From Burkholderiales bacterium (GTDB lineage: Bacteria; Pseudomonadota; Gammaproteobacteria; Burkholderiales; SG8-41), in assembly GCA_030684405.1 (NCBI GenBank), contig JAUXYA010000034.1, positions 74,459 to 138,458 on the forward strand: a DNA stretch of 64,000 nt. The letters run 5' to 3'. Made by a program: the position numbers and the translations under genes. The notes under the pieces are model-generated. The model did not search any database. It saw only the letters and a program-made list of their open reading frames with translations, and was not told the origin of the DNA. Positions 1-9,396 of this stretch are shown here, piece after piece (position 1 is the stretch's first letter; every line of letters begins with the position of its first letter).

Positions 1-657
1 CGCGCGCAGGTTGGAGGCAAGAGTCAGCAGGTAATCCGGATTTTCGGCCTTCAGCCAGCGCAGTTGCTCGTCAAGATCAACTACCAGGCTGCGTACCACT
101 GAAGGCCCGGTAACAAAGGCAGCGGTGGCAGGTCCCCAGTCGGCAAAAGACAGGTCCTCGGTCTTGCTGCGGATCGCCGCAAGTTTCCCGCCGAGGTCAC
201 GGCCATGCCACAGGTGGTCGCGCAGCAGCAGCGCCTGCCACATCAGCTGGGTCCATGCGGTGCCCCGCGTGACCAGCGGGCTCCCCGTCGACCCTGAGGA
301 CTGCGTGGTGATGACCGTACCGTGTGCCTGCGGCACCGCGCTGCTGTGCATCGCCTCGCCAGCCAGTTGGATGTCGCGACGCGAACTGACCGGCAGTTCC
401 CGGAAACGGTCCCAGTCCATGCCGCCACGCGCCCAGGGCGCAAAACGTTCGCGGTAGTACGGCACGGTCGCCACGGCATGGCGGAACACCTGCCCGAACT
501 GATCCATCTGCAATGCGCGCAGCCGCTCCTCCGGCCACCACTGGCTCTGTTCGAACTGGTACTGCAACGCCAGCATCCGCGCCGACGCATCGTCGACAAA
601 CGCCGGCCAGACGACGCCGTAACAGGCCGAACGCGGCAGCAGCGGAAAACCGTTCAA
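1..657 (-). CDS. Phenylacetate-CoA ligase/CapK-like adenylate-forming protein, second tandem paralog (runs off the window edge)
   Basis: Not in the ORF track. TTG at 657 overlaps the upstream stop; manual translation MNGFPLLPRSACYGVVWPAFVDDASARMLALQYQFEQSQWW...ITTQSSGSTGSPLV...LLLRDHLWHGRDLGGKLAAIR parallels the 654..2015 protein. Confidence 0.8.
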   Translation of the reverse strand, partial: MNGFPLLPRSACYGVVWPAFVDDASARMLALQYQFEQSQWWPEERLRALQMDQFGQVFRHAVATVPYYRERFAPWARGGMDWDRFRELPVSSRRDIQLAGEAMHSSAVPQAHGTVITTQSSGSTGSPLVTRGTAWTQLMWQALLLRDHLWHGRDLGGKLAAIRSKTEDLSFADWGPATAAFVTGPSVVRSLVVDLDEQLRWLKAENPDYLLTLASNLRA

Positions 658-2015
658 GGCAACACCTCGGAACGGAAATCCTCATACTTGCCCCCGGCCG
701 AACGCGGAATTGCATCGCGGTAGACGAAGGACAGCACAAAGTCCCCATCCAGATTCTTCAGGATCAGCGCTTTAAGCCGCGCCTCCTCATCGTCAGTCAG
801 CGGCCGCGCCACCACCAGCGCGACTTCAATCTCGCGCAGCGTCCTCTGCACCACCTGGTACTGGCGCACTGGCGCGACCCCGACGAACTGCGTCTCGCCG
901 AAACGCGGATGGCGCAGGCCGCCACCAGGCAGGCGCAGCATGTTGCGCACACGGCCGACGATGCGGCGGATTACCGGCAGGCTGCGCCCGCAATCGCAAG
1001 GCTCACCGGCCTCAGCGTAGTCGCCGATGTCGTAACGGATCAGCGGCATTGCAAAATGATGCAGCGGCGTCAGCACCACGCGCCCGAGCTGGCCCGGCGC
1101 ACAGTGCCGGCCGGCCTCATCAAGCACCTCGAGGTACACGCCTTCGGCCATCACGTGATAATGCTCGTGGCGCGGGCATTGCAGAGCCATGTATCCGACT
1201 TCCCGGCAGGTGTACATGTCGGTGACCGGTACACCCCAGGCGGCGCGGATTTCCGCGCGCGCGTCAGGATGCAGCGCCTCGCCGTAGGTGCGCACTTCGC
1301 GCAAGCGTGGAGGGCGCAGGCCCCGCCTGCCGCAGTGGCGTGCCAGTTCCTGCACGTTGGAAGCGACGCTGATCAGGTAATCGGGATTCTCTGCCATCAG
1401 CCATTGCGCCTGCGCAGCTACCGGCTGTTCGGTATTGAAGGTCGCCGAAGGACCGGTGCGGAAAGCGGAATCCGTGGACACCCCCCAGCCGAGGGTACCG
1501 CCGGGCGGCACACGCCCGCGGATCGCCGCCAGCTTCCCGGAAAAATCCCGGCGCTGCCACAGATGCTCGCGCAGCGTAAAGGCATGCCAGAACGCAAAAT
1601 TGAGCGCGCTCAGTCGGAAGCGGATCGGCCGCCCGGTCGAACCCGAGGTCTCTCCTTCATCGACGGTACCATGCTGCGCCGGCACGGCGTTGCTGTAGAG
1701 CGCTTCCCCGTGTTGCTGCACGTCCTCGCGCCGCAGCAGCGGCAAGCCTGCAAAAACCTCAGGCGTCAGCGGCTGCGACAGATCGAGGCCGGCAAGACGT
1801 TCGCGGTAAAAGGGTACGGTGTCGCGGGCATGGCGCAGAAGCAGCGCAAGCTGTTCAAACTGCGCAGCGCGCAGGCGAGCGGGAGACCAGCGTTCGCTCT
1901 GCGCGAACTGGAACTGCATCGCCAGCATGCGCTCACCCGCCGGCGCGGGTAGCCCCGGCCACAACACGCCTTCAAGCGCGCTGGCCGGAACGGCGACATG
2001 CGCCAGCGGATGCAT
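654..2015 (-). CDS. Phenylacetate-CoA ligase/CapK family (ANL superfamily) protein
   Basis: TSGSTG P-loop, DMYTCREVG, PLIRYDIGD, CDCGR, IPRSAGGK motifs. Confidence 0.85.
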   Translation of the reverse strand: MHPLAHVAVPASALEGVLWPGLPAPAGERMLAMQFQFAQSERWSPARLRAAQFEQLALLLRHARDTVPFYRERLAGLDLSQPLTPEVFAGLPLLRREDVQQHGEALYSNAVPAQHGTVDEGETSGSTGRPIRFRLSALNFAFWHAFTLREHLWQRRDFSGKLAAIRGRVPPGGTLGWGVSTDSAFRTGPSATFNTEQPVAAQAQWLMAENPDYLISVASNVQELARHCGRRGLRPPRLREVRTYGEALHPDARAEIRAAWGVPVTDMYTCREVGYMALQCPRHEHYHVMAEGVYLEVLDEAGRHCAPGQLGRVVLTPLHHFAMPLIRYDIGDYAEAGEPCDCGRSLPVIRRIVGRVRNMLRLPGGGLRHPRFGETQFVGVAPVRQYQVVQRTLREIEVALVVARPLTDDEEARLKALILKNLDGDFVLSFVYRDAIPRSAGGKYEDFRSEVLP

Positions 2016-2091
2016 CGCGACTGTTCTCCTGACCGCCGAATGACTTGCGCGAAAGGCGACGGCTTATTAATTATTCAATAAAAACAAATAC

Positions 2092-4347
2092 TTACTGATT
2101 TTCCCCAGCGACGCAATCGACATAGTAGCGAAGCTGATCGCCCTTGCCTTCCGCCACCAGACCGTGAATGTCGGTATCAAATCCCGGAAACTGCTGATTG
2201 AACATGCGCGCGAATTTGAGGTACCGCACGATGGTGGCGTTGAAACGCTCACCCGGAATCAGCAGCGGTATGCCCGGCGGATAGGGCGTCAGCAACACGC
2301 TGGCCACCCGTCCTTCCAGTTTGTCGATTTCAACGCGCTCGATCTGCCGGTGCGCCATGCGCGCCCAGGCCTCTGCAGGCGGCATCGCCGGCTGCATGTC
2401 CGACAAGTACATCTCGGTGGTGAGCCTTGCGATGTCATTGGCCCTGTACACCCCGTGAATCTGTTCACACAAATCCTTGAGACCGATTTTTTCGTAACGC
2501 GGATGTGCAGCGAGGAACTCCGGCAACACGCGCCACAGCGGGCGGTTGTTGTCGTAATCATCCTTGAACTGCTGCAGTTCGGTAACCATCGTGTTCCAGC
2601 GGCCCTTGGTGATGCCGATGGTGAACATGATGAAGAAGGAATAGAGGCCGGTCTTTTCGACAATGATGCCGTGTTCGGCGAGGTACTTGGTGACCACTGC
2701 CGCAGGGATTCCGCTCTTGGCGAACTTGCCGCTGACGTCGAGGCCGGGCGTGATCACCGTCGCCTTGATAGGGTCGAGCATGTTGAAACCCGGCGCCAGG
2801 TTCCCGAAACCATGCCAGCGCTCCGAAGGACGCAGCATCCAGTCGTCGCGGTTGCCGACACCTTCGGCAGCGAGGCGCTCCGGTCCCCACACCTTGAACC
2901 ACCAATCCTTGCCGAATTCGGCATCCACCTTGCGCATCGCGCGGCGGAAATCCAGCGCCTCCATGATCGATTCTTCGACCAGCGCGGGGCCTCCCGGCGG
3001 CTCCATCATCGCCGCCGCCACGTCGCAGGACGCGATGATCGCGTACTGCGGTGAAGTCGAGGTGTGCATCAGGTAGGCTTCGTTGAAGGTGTCGTAATCG
3101 AGTTTGCGTGTCTCGCTGTCCTGCACCAGAATCTGCGACGCCTGAGACAGCCCCGCCAGCAGTTTGTGGGTGGATTGCGTCGAAAACACCACCGATTCTT
3201 TCGTGCGCGGCCGGTCGCGGCCAATGGCATGCATGCCGTGATAGAACTTGTGGAAAGTGGCATGCGGCAGCCAGGCTTCGTCGAAATGCAGGGTATCGAT
3301 CTTGCCGTCGAGCTTTTCCTTGATCGCATCGACGTTGTAGAGAATGCCGTCGTAGGTGCTCTGGGTAATGGTCAGGATGCGCGGCTTCGACTTCGACGGC
3401 GATTTCGCCGCGAAGGGATTGGCGCGGATTTTTTTCTCGATATTTTCCCAGCTGAATTCCTCCAGCGGGATCGGGCCGATGATGCCGAAATGGTTGCGCG
3501 TCGGCATCAGGAACACCGGCACCGCGCCGGTCATCGTGATTGCATGCAGGATCGACACATGGCAGTTGCGATCAACGATCACCACGTCACCCGGAGCCAC
3601 CGTCGAATGCCACACCATCTTGTTCGAAGTCGAAGTACCGTTGGTGACGAAGAACAGGTGGTCGCAATTGAAGATGCGTGCCGCATTGCGCTCGGAGGCC
3701 GCTACCGGGCCTGAATGATCGAGCAACTGGCCCAGTTCGTCGACGGCGTTACAGACGTCGGCACGCAGCATGTTCTCGCCGAAAAACTGGTGGAACATCT
3801 GGCCCACCGGACTTTTCAGGAAAGCGACGCCGCCGGAATGGCCGGGACAGTGCCAGGAATAGGATCCGTCCTGTGCGTAATGGGTCAGCGCCCGGAAAAA
3901 TGGCGGCGCCAGGCTGTCGAGGTAGGACTTGGATTCGCGCACGATGTAACGCGCGACGAACTCCGGCGTGTCCTCGAACATGTGAATGAAACCGTGCAGC
4001 TCGCGCAGCACGTCGTTCGGAATGTGGCGCGAGGTCTGGGTCTCGCCATAGAGGAAGATCGGGATCTCGGTGTTGCGGAAGCGGATGGCCTTGACGAAGG
4101 TGCGCAGTTCGCCGATCGTCGATTCCAGTTCCTGCACCGAAAAGTCATCGTCATCGACCGAGAGGATGAAGGCCGATGCGCGCGACTGCTGCTGCGCGAA
4201 GGACGACAGGTCGCCGTAGCTGGTGACGCCGAGCACCTCGATCCCCTCGTCCTCCAGCGCCTTTGCCAGCGCGCGAATGCCAAGGCCGCTGGTGTTCTCC
4301 GAGCGGTAATCCTCGTCGATGATGATGACCGGAAAACGGAAGCGCAT
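2092..4347 (-). CDS. Arginine/lysine/ornithine decarboxylase (group III, PLP-dependent)
   Basis: HCPGHSGG, TNGTSTSNK, HFDEAW, PLP lysine motif STHKLL, TSTSPQY, PYPPGIP. Confidence 0.95.
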   Translation of the reverse strand: MRFRFPVIIIDEDYRSENTSGLGIRALAKALEDEGIEVLGVTSYGDLSSFAQQQSRASAFILSVDDDDFSVQELESTIGELRTFVKAIRFRNTEIPIFLYGETQTSRHIPNDVLRELHGFIHMFEDTPEFVARYIVRESKSYLDSLAPPFFRALTHYAQDGSYSWHCPGHSGGVAFLKSPVGQMFHQFFGENMLRADVCNAVDELGQLLDHSGPVAASERNAARIFNCDHLFFVTNGTSTSNKMVWHSTVAPGDVVIVDRNCHVSILHAITMTGAVPVFLMPTRNHFGIIGPIPLEEFSWENIEKKIRANPFAAKSPSKSKPRILTITQSTYDGILYNVDAIKEKLDGKIDTLHFDEAWLPHATFHKFYHGMHAIGRDRPRTKESVVFSTQSTHKLLAGLSQASQILVQDSETRKLDYDTFNEAYLMHTSTSPQYAIIASCDVAAAMMEPPGGPALVEESIMEALDFRRAMRKVDAEFGKDWWFKVWGPERLAAEGVGNRDDWMLRPSERWHGFGNLAPGFNMLDPIKATVITPGLDVSGKFAKSGIPAAVVTKYLAEHGIIVEKTGLYSFFIMFTIGITKGRWNTMVTELQQFKDDYDNNRPLWRVLPEFLAAHPRYEKIGLKDLCEQIHGVYRANDIARLTTEMYLSDMQPAMPPAEAWARMAHRQIERVEIDKLEGRVASVLLTPYPPGIPLLIPGERFNATIVRYLKFARMFNQQFPGFDTDIHGLVAEGKGDQLRYYVDCVAGENQ

Positions 4348-4409
4348 GGTGTGCCTATCTTAAGTCGGAGTTCCGCGGCAGCGGAAGGGTTTTCCGGCGA
4401 TCCGGAGGC

Positions 4410-5498
4410 TCAGGTGTTCTTGACGACAATTTTCGGGAAAGCTGCGGAGTGGTCCTGCTGCTTCTCCGCGATCTTTACCGCGACCCGGCGCGCGATCTGG
4501 CGGTAGATCTCGGCAATGCGGCCGTCCGGATCTGCCACCACCGTCGGCTTGCCGGAATCGGCCTGCCTGCGGATGGCAATGTCCAGCGGCAGAGAACCGA
4601 GCATTTCGACGTCGTAATCCGAACCCATTTTCGCACCGCCACCCTCGCCGAAAATGTGCTCCTCATGGCCGCACTTCGAGCAGATATGGATCGACATGTT
4701 CTCGACAATGCCGAGGATGGGAATACCGACCTTTTCGAACATCTTGAGGCCCTTGCGCGCGTCGATCAGCGCAATGTCCTGGGGCGTGGTGACGATCACC
4801 GCGCCGGTCACCGGCACCCGCTGCGCCAGCGTCAGCTGGATGTCGCCGGTGCCGGGCGGCAGGTCGACCACCAGATAGTCGATGTCGCGCCACTTTGTTT
4901 CGTTGAGCAGCTGCTCCAGTGCCTGGGTCACCATCGGGCCGCGCCACACCATCGGCGTCTCGGTGTCTATCAGGAAACCGATCGACATCGCCTGCAAGCC
5001 GTGCCCCTCCATCGGCTCCAGCATCTTGCCGTCCTTCGACTCCGGCCGGCCGGTGATACCGAGCATCATCGGCTGCGACGGGCCATAAATGTCTGCGTCG
5101 AGCACACCAACGGAAGCCCCCTCGGCAGCCAGCGCCAGGGCGAGGTTTACCGCAGTCGTGCACTTGCCGACGCCGCCCTTCCCCGAGGCCACGGCAATGA
5201 AGTTCATCACGCCCGGCACCAGCTTGACGCCGCGCTGCACCGCATGGGAGACGATTTTCATTGACACGTTGACCGTGACGCTACCAACGCCGGGGATTTT
5301 CTTCAGGCCGTCGCTGACCTGTTTGCGGATCGGCTCGAGCTGGCTTTTCGCCGGATAGCCCAGCAGGATGTCCACCGAAACGTTGTTGCCTTCGACCTTG
5401 ATGTTCTTCGCCGACTTGCTGCTGATGAAGTCGGTCTTGGTATTCAGGTCGACGAGCTGCTTCAGCGCGCCTTGGACGTCCTGGTCGGTAATGGCCAT
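4410..5498 (-). CDS. apbC: Mrp/ApbC iron-sulfur cluster carrier ATPase
   Basis: SGKGGVGK deviant Walker A, DADIYGPS, DLPPGTGD, ENMS..CxxC; start placed at MAITDQ (ATG 5498); divergent from metG. Confidence 0.93.
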   Translation of the reverse strand: MAITDQDVQGALKQLVDLNTKTDFISSKSAKNIKVEGNNVSVDILLGYPAKSQLEPIRKQVSDGLKKIPGVGSVTVNVSMKIVSHAVQRGVKLVPGVMNFIAVASGKGGVGKCTTAVNLALALAAEGASVGVLDADIYGPSQPMMLGITGRPESKDGKMLEPMEGHGLQAMSIGFLIDTETPMVWRGPMVTQALEQLLNETKWRDIDYLVVDLPPGTGDIQLTLAQRVPVTGAVIVTTPQDIALIDARKGLKMFEKVGIPILGIVENMSIHICSKCGHEEHIFGEGGGAKMGSDYDVEMLGSLPLDIAIRRQADSGKPTVVADPDGRIAEIYRQIARRVAVKIAEKQQDHSAAFPKIVVKNT

Positions 5499-5535
5499 GT
5501 TTCGGGTTCCATTCGGATTGCGTGGTAAGGCCGCG

Positions 5536-5541
5536 ATTGTA
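5536..5541 (-). promoter_or_regulatory. Putative sigma70 -10 (TACAAT) for apbC
   Basis: TACAAT followed by GC-rich CGCGGCC, about 37 nt upstream of the ATG. Confidence 0.4.
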
Positions 5542-5656
5542 GCGACATCGCCACCCCGGACCAACCACAACTCCATGTCGGAAAAGGTTTTTTTTGCCAC
5601 GACTCCGACAAGGACGGTGCAGGCCACTGCCAAGCGTCGGGGCTCTCAAAGTTTAT

Positions 5657-5665
5657 TGTTATAAT
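5657..5665 (+). promoter_or_regulatory. Putative extended -10 promoter (TGnTATAAT) for metG
   Basis: Perfect TGtTATAAT 35 nt upstream of the metG ATG. Confidence 0.55.
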
Positions 5666-5700
5666 TCAATCCTTTAGCTTCATCCGCCGAAACGCCATCC

Positions 5701-8256
5701 ATGTCACGTCGCATCCTCGTCACCTCCGCGCTGCCGTATGCGAACGGCGCCATCCACCTCGGCCACCTGGTCGAGTACATCCAGACCGATATCTGGGTGC
5801 GTTTCCAGCGCATGCAGGGCCACGAAGTGCACTATGTCTGCGCCGACGACACCCACGGCACGCCGGTGATGCTGCGCGCGGATGCCGAGGGCATCACGCC
5901 GGAAAAGCTGATCGAACGCGTGTGGAAAGAACACAAGCGCGACTTCGACAGTTTCGGCGTTGACTTCGACAATTACTACAGCACCAATTCGCCCGAGAAC
6001 CGGGCGCTGTGCGAAGAAATCTACGGCGCGCTGAAGGCGCGAGATCTGATTGCCGTGCGCTCGGTCGAGCAGTTCTACGATCCGGTCAAGGCGATGTTCC
6101 TGCCGGATCGCTACATCAAGGGCGAATGCCCTAAATGTGGCGCCAAGGACCAGTACGGTGATTCCTGCGAAGCCTGCGGCGCCACCTACGCGCCGGTCGA
6201 CCTGAAAAATCCCTATTCCACGGTCTCCGGCGCTGCACCGGTGCGCAAGGCTTCAGAGCATTACTTCTTCAGACTCTCCGATACGCGCTGCGAGACTTTC
6301 CTGCGTGACTTCACCCAGAACGCCGACCGCCTGCAGCCCGAGGCCGCCAACAAGATGAAGGAATGGCTGGGCAAACCCGGTGAAGCGAAGCTCTCGGACT
6401 GGGACATTTCGCGCGACGCGCCCTACTTCGGCTTCGCGATCCCCGGCACTGACGGCAAGAAGTTCTTCTACGTCTGGCTCGACGCGCCGGTCGGTTATTT
6501 CGGCAGTTTCACCCACCACGTTCGCAGCAAGAATCTGGACGATAAGCTGCTGCAGGATTTTCTGCGCCCCGGCAGCGACACCGAGCTGGTGCACTTCATC
6601 GGCAAGGACATCCTCTACTTCCACGCCCTGTTCTGGGCGGGGTTGCTGCAGCACGCCGGCTTCCGCACGCCAACGAAGATATTCGCCCATGGCTTCCTGA
6701 CCGTGAACGGCGAGAAGATGTCCAAGTCGCGCGGCACCTTCATCACCGCCGAGAGCTATATCCAGCAGGGGCTGAACCCGGAATGGCTGCGTTATTACTA
6801 CGCCGCCAAGCTGAACTCGACGATGGAGGACATCGACCTCAGCCTCGATGACTTCGTCGCACGGGTGAACAGTGATCTGGTTGGAAAATTTATCAATATT
6901 CTCAGCCGTGCCAGTGGCTTCATCACAAAGCACTTCGACGGCCGCTTGCTTGAGCCCCAGCCAGACGTAAACGGACAAGAAGTACAGTGGGCCGCAACCT
7001 TCAGAGCAATTGCCGCCGCCGAAGAGGCGAAAGTGGCTTTCGAAGAACGCGAATATGGCAAAGCTGTCCGGGCCATCATGCGCCACGCCGATCGGATAAA
7101 CGAGCTTTTTGACGCCGCAAAGCCGTGGGAGCTGGCAAAGAAAATTCCCGGCGACGACAAAGCCAAGGCTGAACTCCACAGCAAATGCAGTGATTGCATC
7201 GCTGCGTTCAAAATCCTGACTTATGCCCTGTCACCCATTCTGCCGATAACGACCGAACGCATCGCCAAACTTCTTAATCTGCCTCTTCCTTTAAAGTGGT
7301 CTGACATCGATACTCCTTGCACCAAAATTCAGCCCTACCAGCACCTGATGGCCCGCGTCGACCCCAAACAAATCGAAGCTTTGGTCGCCGCCAACAAAGA
7401 AAGCTTCAAACCCGCCTCCCCTCTCCCCCCGGGAGAGGGGTCGGGGGTGAGGGAACAGCGCAATCCGTCCCGACAAGCCGTCACAAAAAAAACGCCACTG
7501 CCCGATGATCTGCTGAACTTCGCCCGCCAGCTCCGCCACGAACAAACCGATGCAGAACAGCTGATCTGGGCTTTGCTGCGCAATCGCCGGCTGGCAGACC
7601 GCAAATTCCGCAGGCAGCACCCGGTCTCGCTCGGCAATGCCAACTACATCCTTGATTTCTACTGCGACGAACTGAAACTGGCCGTCGAACTGGACGGCTC
7701 GCAACATCAGGAAGAAAAAGTAAAAGACGACATCCGGACTGAGGCATTGCAGAAAGCCGGCATTTCCACAATCCGTTTTTGGAATAATGAAATACTTCAG
7801 CAAACAGACGCAGTACTGGAGAAACTCTGGAACACGATCATGGAAAAATCTATTGCAGCATCGTTGCCATCCCCCCTCACCCCCGGCCCCTCTCCCGGGG
7901 GGAGAGGGGAGACATCTGGCGCTGATGCGCTGATTTCGATCGACGATTTCACCAAGATTGACCTCCGCGTCGCCAGAATCGCCAATGCCGAACACGTCGA
8001 AGGCGCCGACAAGCTTTTGCGTTTGACGCTCGACGTCGGCAGCCTTGGCACGAAACAGGTCTTCGCCGGCATCAAGGCGGCTTACGATCCGGCAGCGCTG
8101 ACCGGCCGGCTGACAGTGATGGTCGCCAACCTCGCGCCGCGCAAGATGAAATTCGGCATGTCCGAGGGCATGGTGCTCGCCGCCAGCGGCGAAGCGCCGG
8201 GCCTCTACCTGCTGTCGCCCGATTCCGGCGCACAGCCCGGCATGCGCATCAAGTAG
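5701..8256 (+). CDS. metG: Methionine-tRNA ligase with an in-frame DUF559 endonuclease insertion in the linker before the C-terminal tRNA-binding OB domain
   Basis: HLGH (HIGH motif), Zn knuckle [25 protein letters not shown]-terminal [14 protein letters not shown]...KFGMSEGM. Confidence 0.97.
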   Translation: MSRRILVTSALPYANGAIHLGHLVEYIQTDIWVRFQRMQGHEVHYVCADDTHGTPVMLRADAEGITPEKLIERVWKEHKRDFDSFGVDFDNYYSTNSPENRALCEEIYGALKARDLIAVRSVEQFYDPVKAMFLPDRYIKGECPKCGAKDQYGDSCEACGATYAPVDLKNPYSTVSGAAPVRKASEHYFFRLSDTRCETFLRDFTQNADRLQPEAANKMKEWLGKPGEAKLSDWDISRDAPYFGFAIPGTDGKKFFYVWLDAPVGYFGSFTHHVRSKNLDDKLLQDFLRPGSDTELVHFIGKDILYFHALFWAGLLQHAGFRTPTKIFAHGFLTVNGEKMSKSRGTFITAESYIQQGLNPEWLRYYYAAKLNSTMEDIDLSLDDFVARVNSDLVGKFINILSRASGFITKHFDGRLLEPQPDVNGQEVQWAATFRAIAAAEEAKVAFEEREYGKAVRAIMRHADRINELFDAAKPWELAKKIPGDDKAKAELHSKCSDCIAAFKILTYALSPILPITTERIAKLLNLPLPLKWSDIDTPCTKIQPYQHLMARVDPKQIEALVAANKESFKPASPLPPGEGSGVREQRNPSRQAVTKKTPLPDDLLNFARQLRHEQTDAEQLIWALLRNRRLADRKFRRQHPVSLGNANYILDFYCDELKLAVELDGSQHQEEKVKDDIRTEALQKAGISTIRFWNNEILQQTDAVLEKLWNTIMEKSIAASLPSPLTPGPSPGGRGETSGADALISIDDFTKIDLRVARIANAEHVEGADKLLRLTLDVGSLGTKQVFAGIKAAYDPAALTGRLTVMVANLAPRKMKFGMSEGMVLAASGEAPGLYLLSPDSGAQPGMRIK
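7416..7453 (+). repeat. Left BoxC-like palindromic repeat
   Basis: CTCCCCTCTCCCCCCGGGAGAGGGGTCGGGGGTGAGGG; internal stem CCCCTCTCCC/GGGAGAGGGG with a 3-nt loop; translated as [12 protein letters not shown]. Confidence 0.9.
7874..7911 (-). repeat. Right BoxC-like palindromic repeat (inverted copy)
   Basis: CCCTCACCCCCGGCCCCTCTCCCGGGGGGAGAGGGGAG on the + strand; translated as [13 protein letters not shown]. Confidence 0.9.
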
Positions 8257-8289
8257 GACCGCGAGAGACGGCACAACCCGGCGCCCGCC

Positions 8290-9387
8290 ATGAGCAACGG
8301 CAACCGCACCTTCATCTGCAGCGTCATCTTCATCGACATCGTCGAGTATTCGAAGAAGTCGGTGGCCGAACAGCTGCGGATCAAGGAACATTTCAACGCC
8401 CTGCTCGCCCGTGCGCTGGCTGACGTGCCGGCCAAGGACCGCATCATCCTCGACACCGGCGACGGCGCGGCGATCAGCTTCCTCGGCGACCCGGAGGACG
8501 GCCTGTTCCTCGGCCTTGCGCTGCGCGACGCGCTGCGCGAGGACAGCACGCTGCAGTTGCGCACCGGCATCAACCTCGGCCCGGTGCGCCTGGTGCGTGA
8601 CATCAACGGCCAACCCAATATCATCGGCGACGGCATCAACGTCGCCCAGCGCATCATGAGCTTTGCCGGGGTCAACCAGGTGTTCGTGTCGCGCTCCTAC
8701 TACGAGGTGGTCTCTGCTCTGTCGCCCGACTACGCGCTGCTGTTCGCCTTTGAGGGCTCGCGCACCGACAAGCATGTGCGCGAGCACGAGGTCTACGCAC
8801 TGGGCGGCGCGCTGGCGCCGCCACGGACACCACGGCGCGCGCCCGGCGCAGCGGCAGCGCATGCGGCGGCTGCGCTCGACCGGGTCACCCATGCCGCCCA
8901 CTTCGCACGCGCCCAGGTCATGCGCCGCCCGCCGCTGGCGACCGCTCTGGCAGTGGCGCTGATCCTGCTCGTCGCCCTCGGCCTGCGGCTCGTACTCAAG
9001 GATATCGAGGCCTACGAAAAAAGACAGGCAGAACTCGCCGAAGCGACGGTCATCATGCCGCGCCCACTACCGGTGCGGCCACAGGCCGCCGAGAAGCCAC
9101 CTGCACCGGTCGTCGAGGCCCCTCGCGCGCCTGCAACCAGTGCAGCACGCAAGCCTGTCGTGGTCCAGGAAGAAGCCGCCACCGGGAGCCTGCGCCTCGC
9201 GGTGCTGCCCTGGGGCGAGATCTTCATCAACGGCAACAAGTACGGCGTCTCGCCGCCACTGCGCGACATCGCGCTGAAACCCGGCATCTACAAGGTCGAG
9301 GTCCGCAATCCGGGCTTTGCTTCTTACCTGCAGGTGGTGGATGTCCAGTCCGGTGAAGAGATTAGAATCCGGCATCGGTTCCGTTAG
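8290..9387 (+). CDS. Class III adenylate/guanylate cyclase domain + transmembrane helix + C-terminal PEGA-like domain
   Basis: FIDIVEYS, TGDG, LRTGINLGPV, GDGINVAQR, a hydrophobic helix, and PWGEIFING...GVSPPL...PG.YKVEVRN. Confidence 0.85.
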   Translation: MSNGNRTFICSVIFIDIVEYSKKSVAEQLRIKEHFNALLARALADVPAKDRIILDTGDGAAISFLGDPEDGLFLGLALRDALREDSTLQLRTGINLGPVRLVRDINGQPNIIGDGINVAQRIMSFAGVNQVFVSRSYYEVVSALSPDYALLFAFEGSRTDKHVREHEVYALGGALAPPRTPRRAPGAAAAHAAAALDRVTHAAHFARAQVMRRPPLATALAVALILLVALGLRLVLKDIEAYEKRQAELAEATVIMPRPLPVRPQAAEKPPAPVVEAPRAPATSAARKPVVVQEEAATGSLRLAVLPWGEIFINGNKYGVSPPLRDIALKPGIYKVEVRNPGFASYLQVVDVQSGEEIRIRHRFR

Positions 9388-9396
9388 GGGGAGGCC

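Larger units (their letters stand above)
7416..7911 (+). mobile_element. Inverted-repeat-bounded DUF559 (YcjD/Vsr-like) endonuclease element inserted in metG
   Basis: Left repeat 7416-7453 and right repeat 7874-7911 are reverse complements at 37/38 nt. The interior encodes [19 protein letters not shown]...[26 protein letters not shown]...L...G...IRFWNNEI. Confidence 0.8.

Noticed and set aside
7416-7911. metG insert as an intein, IS element or intron
   Set aside because: No Cys/Ser...His-Asn splice ends, no DDE, HUH or serine transposase motifs, no target-site duplication seen, and the reading frame is continuous.
7291-8901. Long opposite-strand ORFs (e.g. 7291-8901, 513-1952, 12093-13586, 15510-17189, 33597-34982, 49981-51591, 56803-58323)
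   Set aside because: Shadow frames of well-supported genes in GC-rich DNA, with no recognisable motifs.
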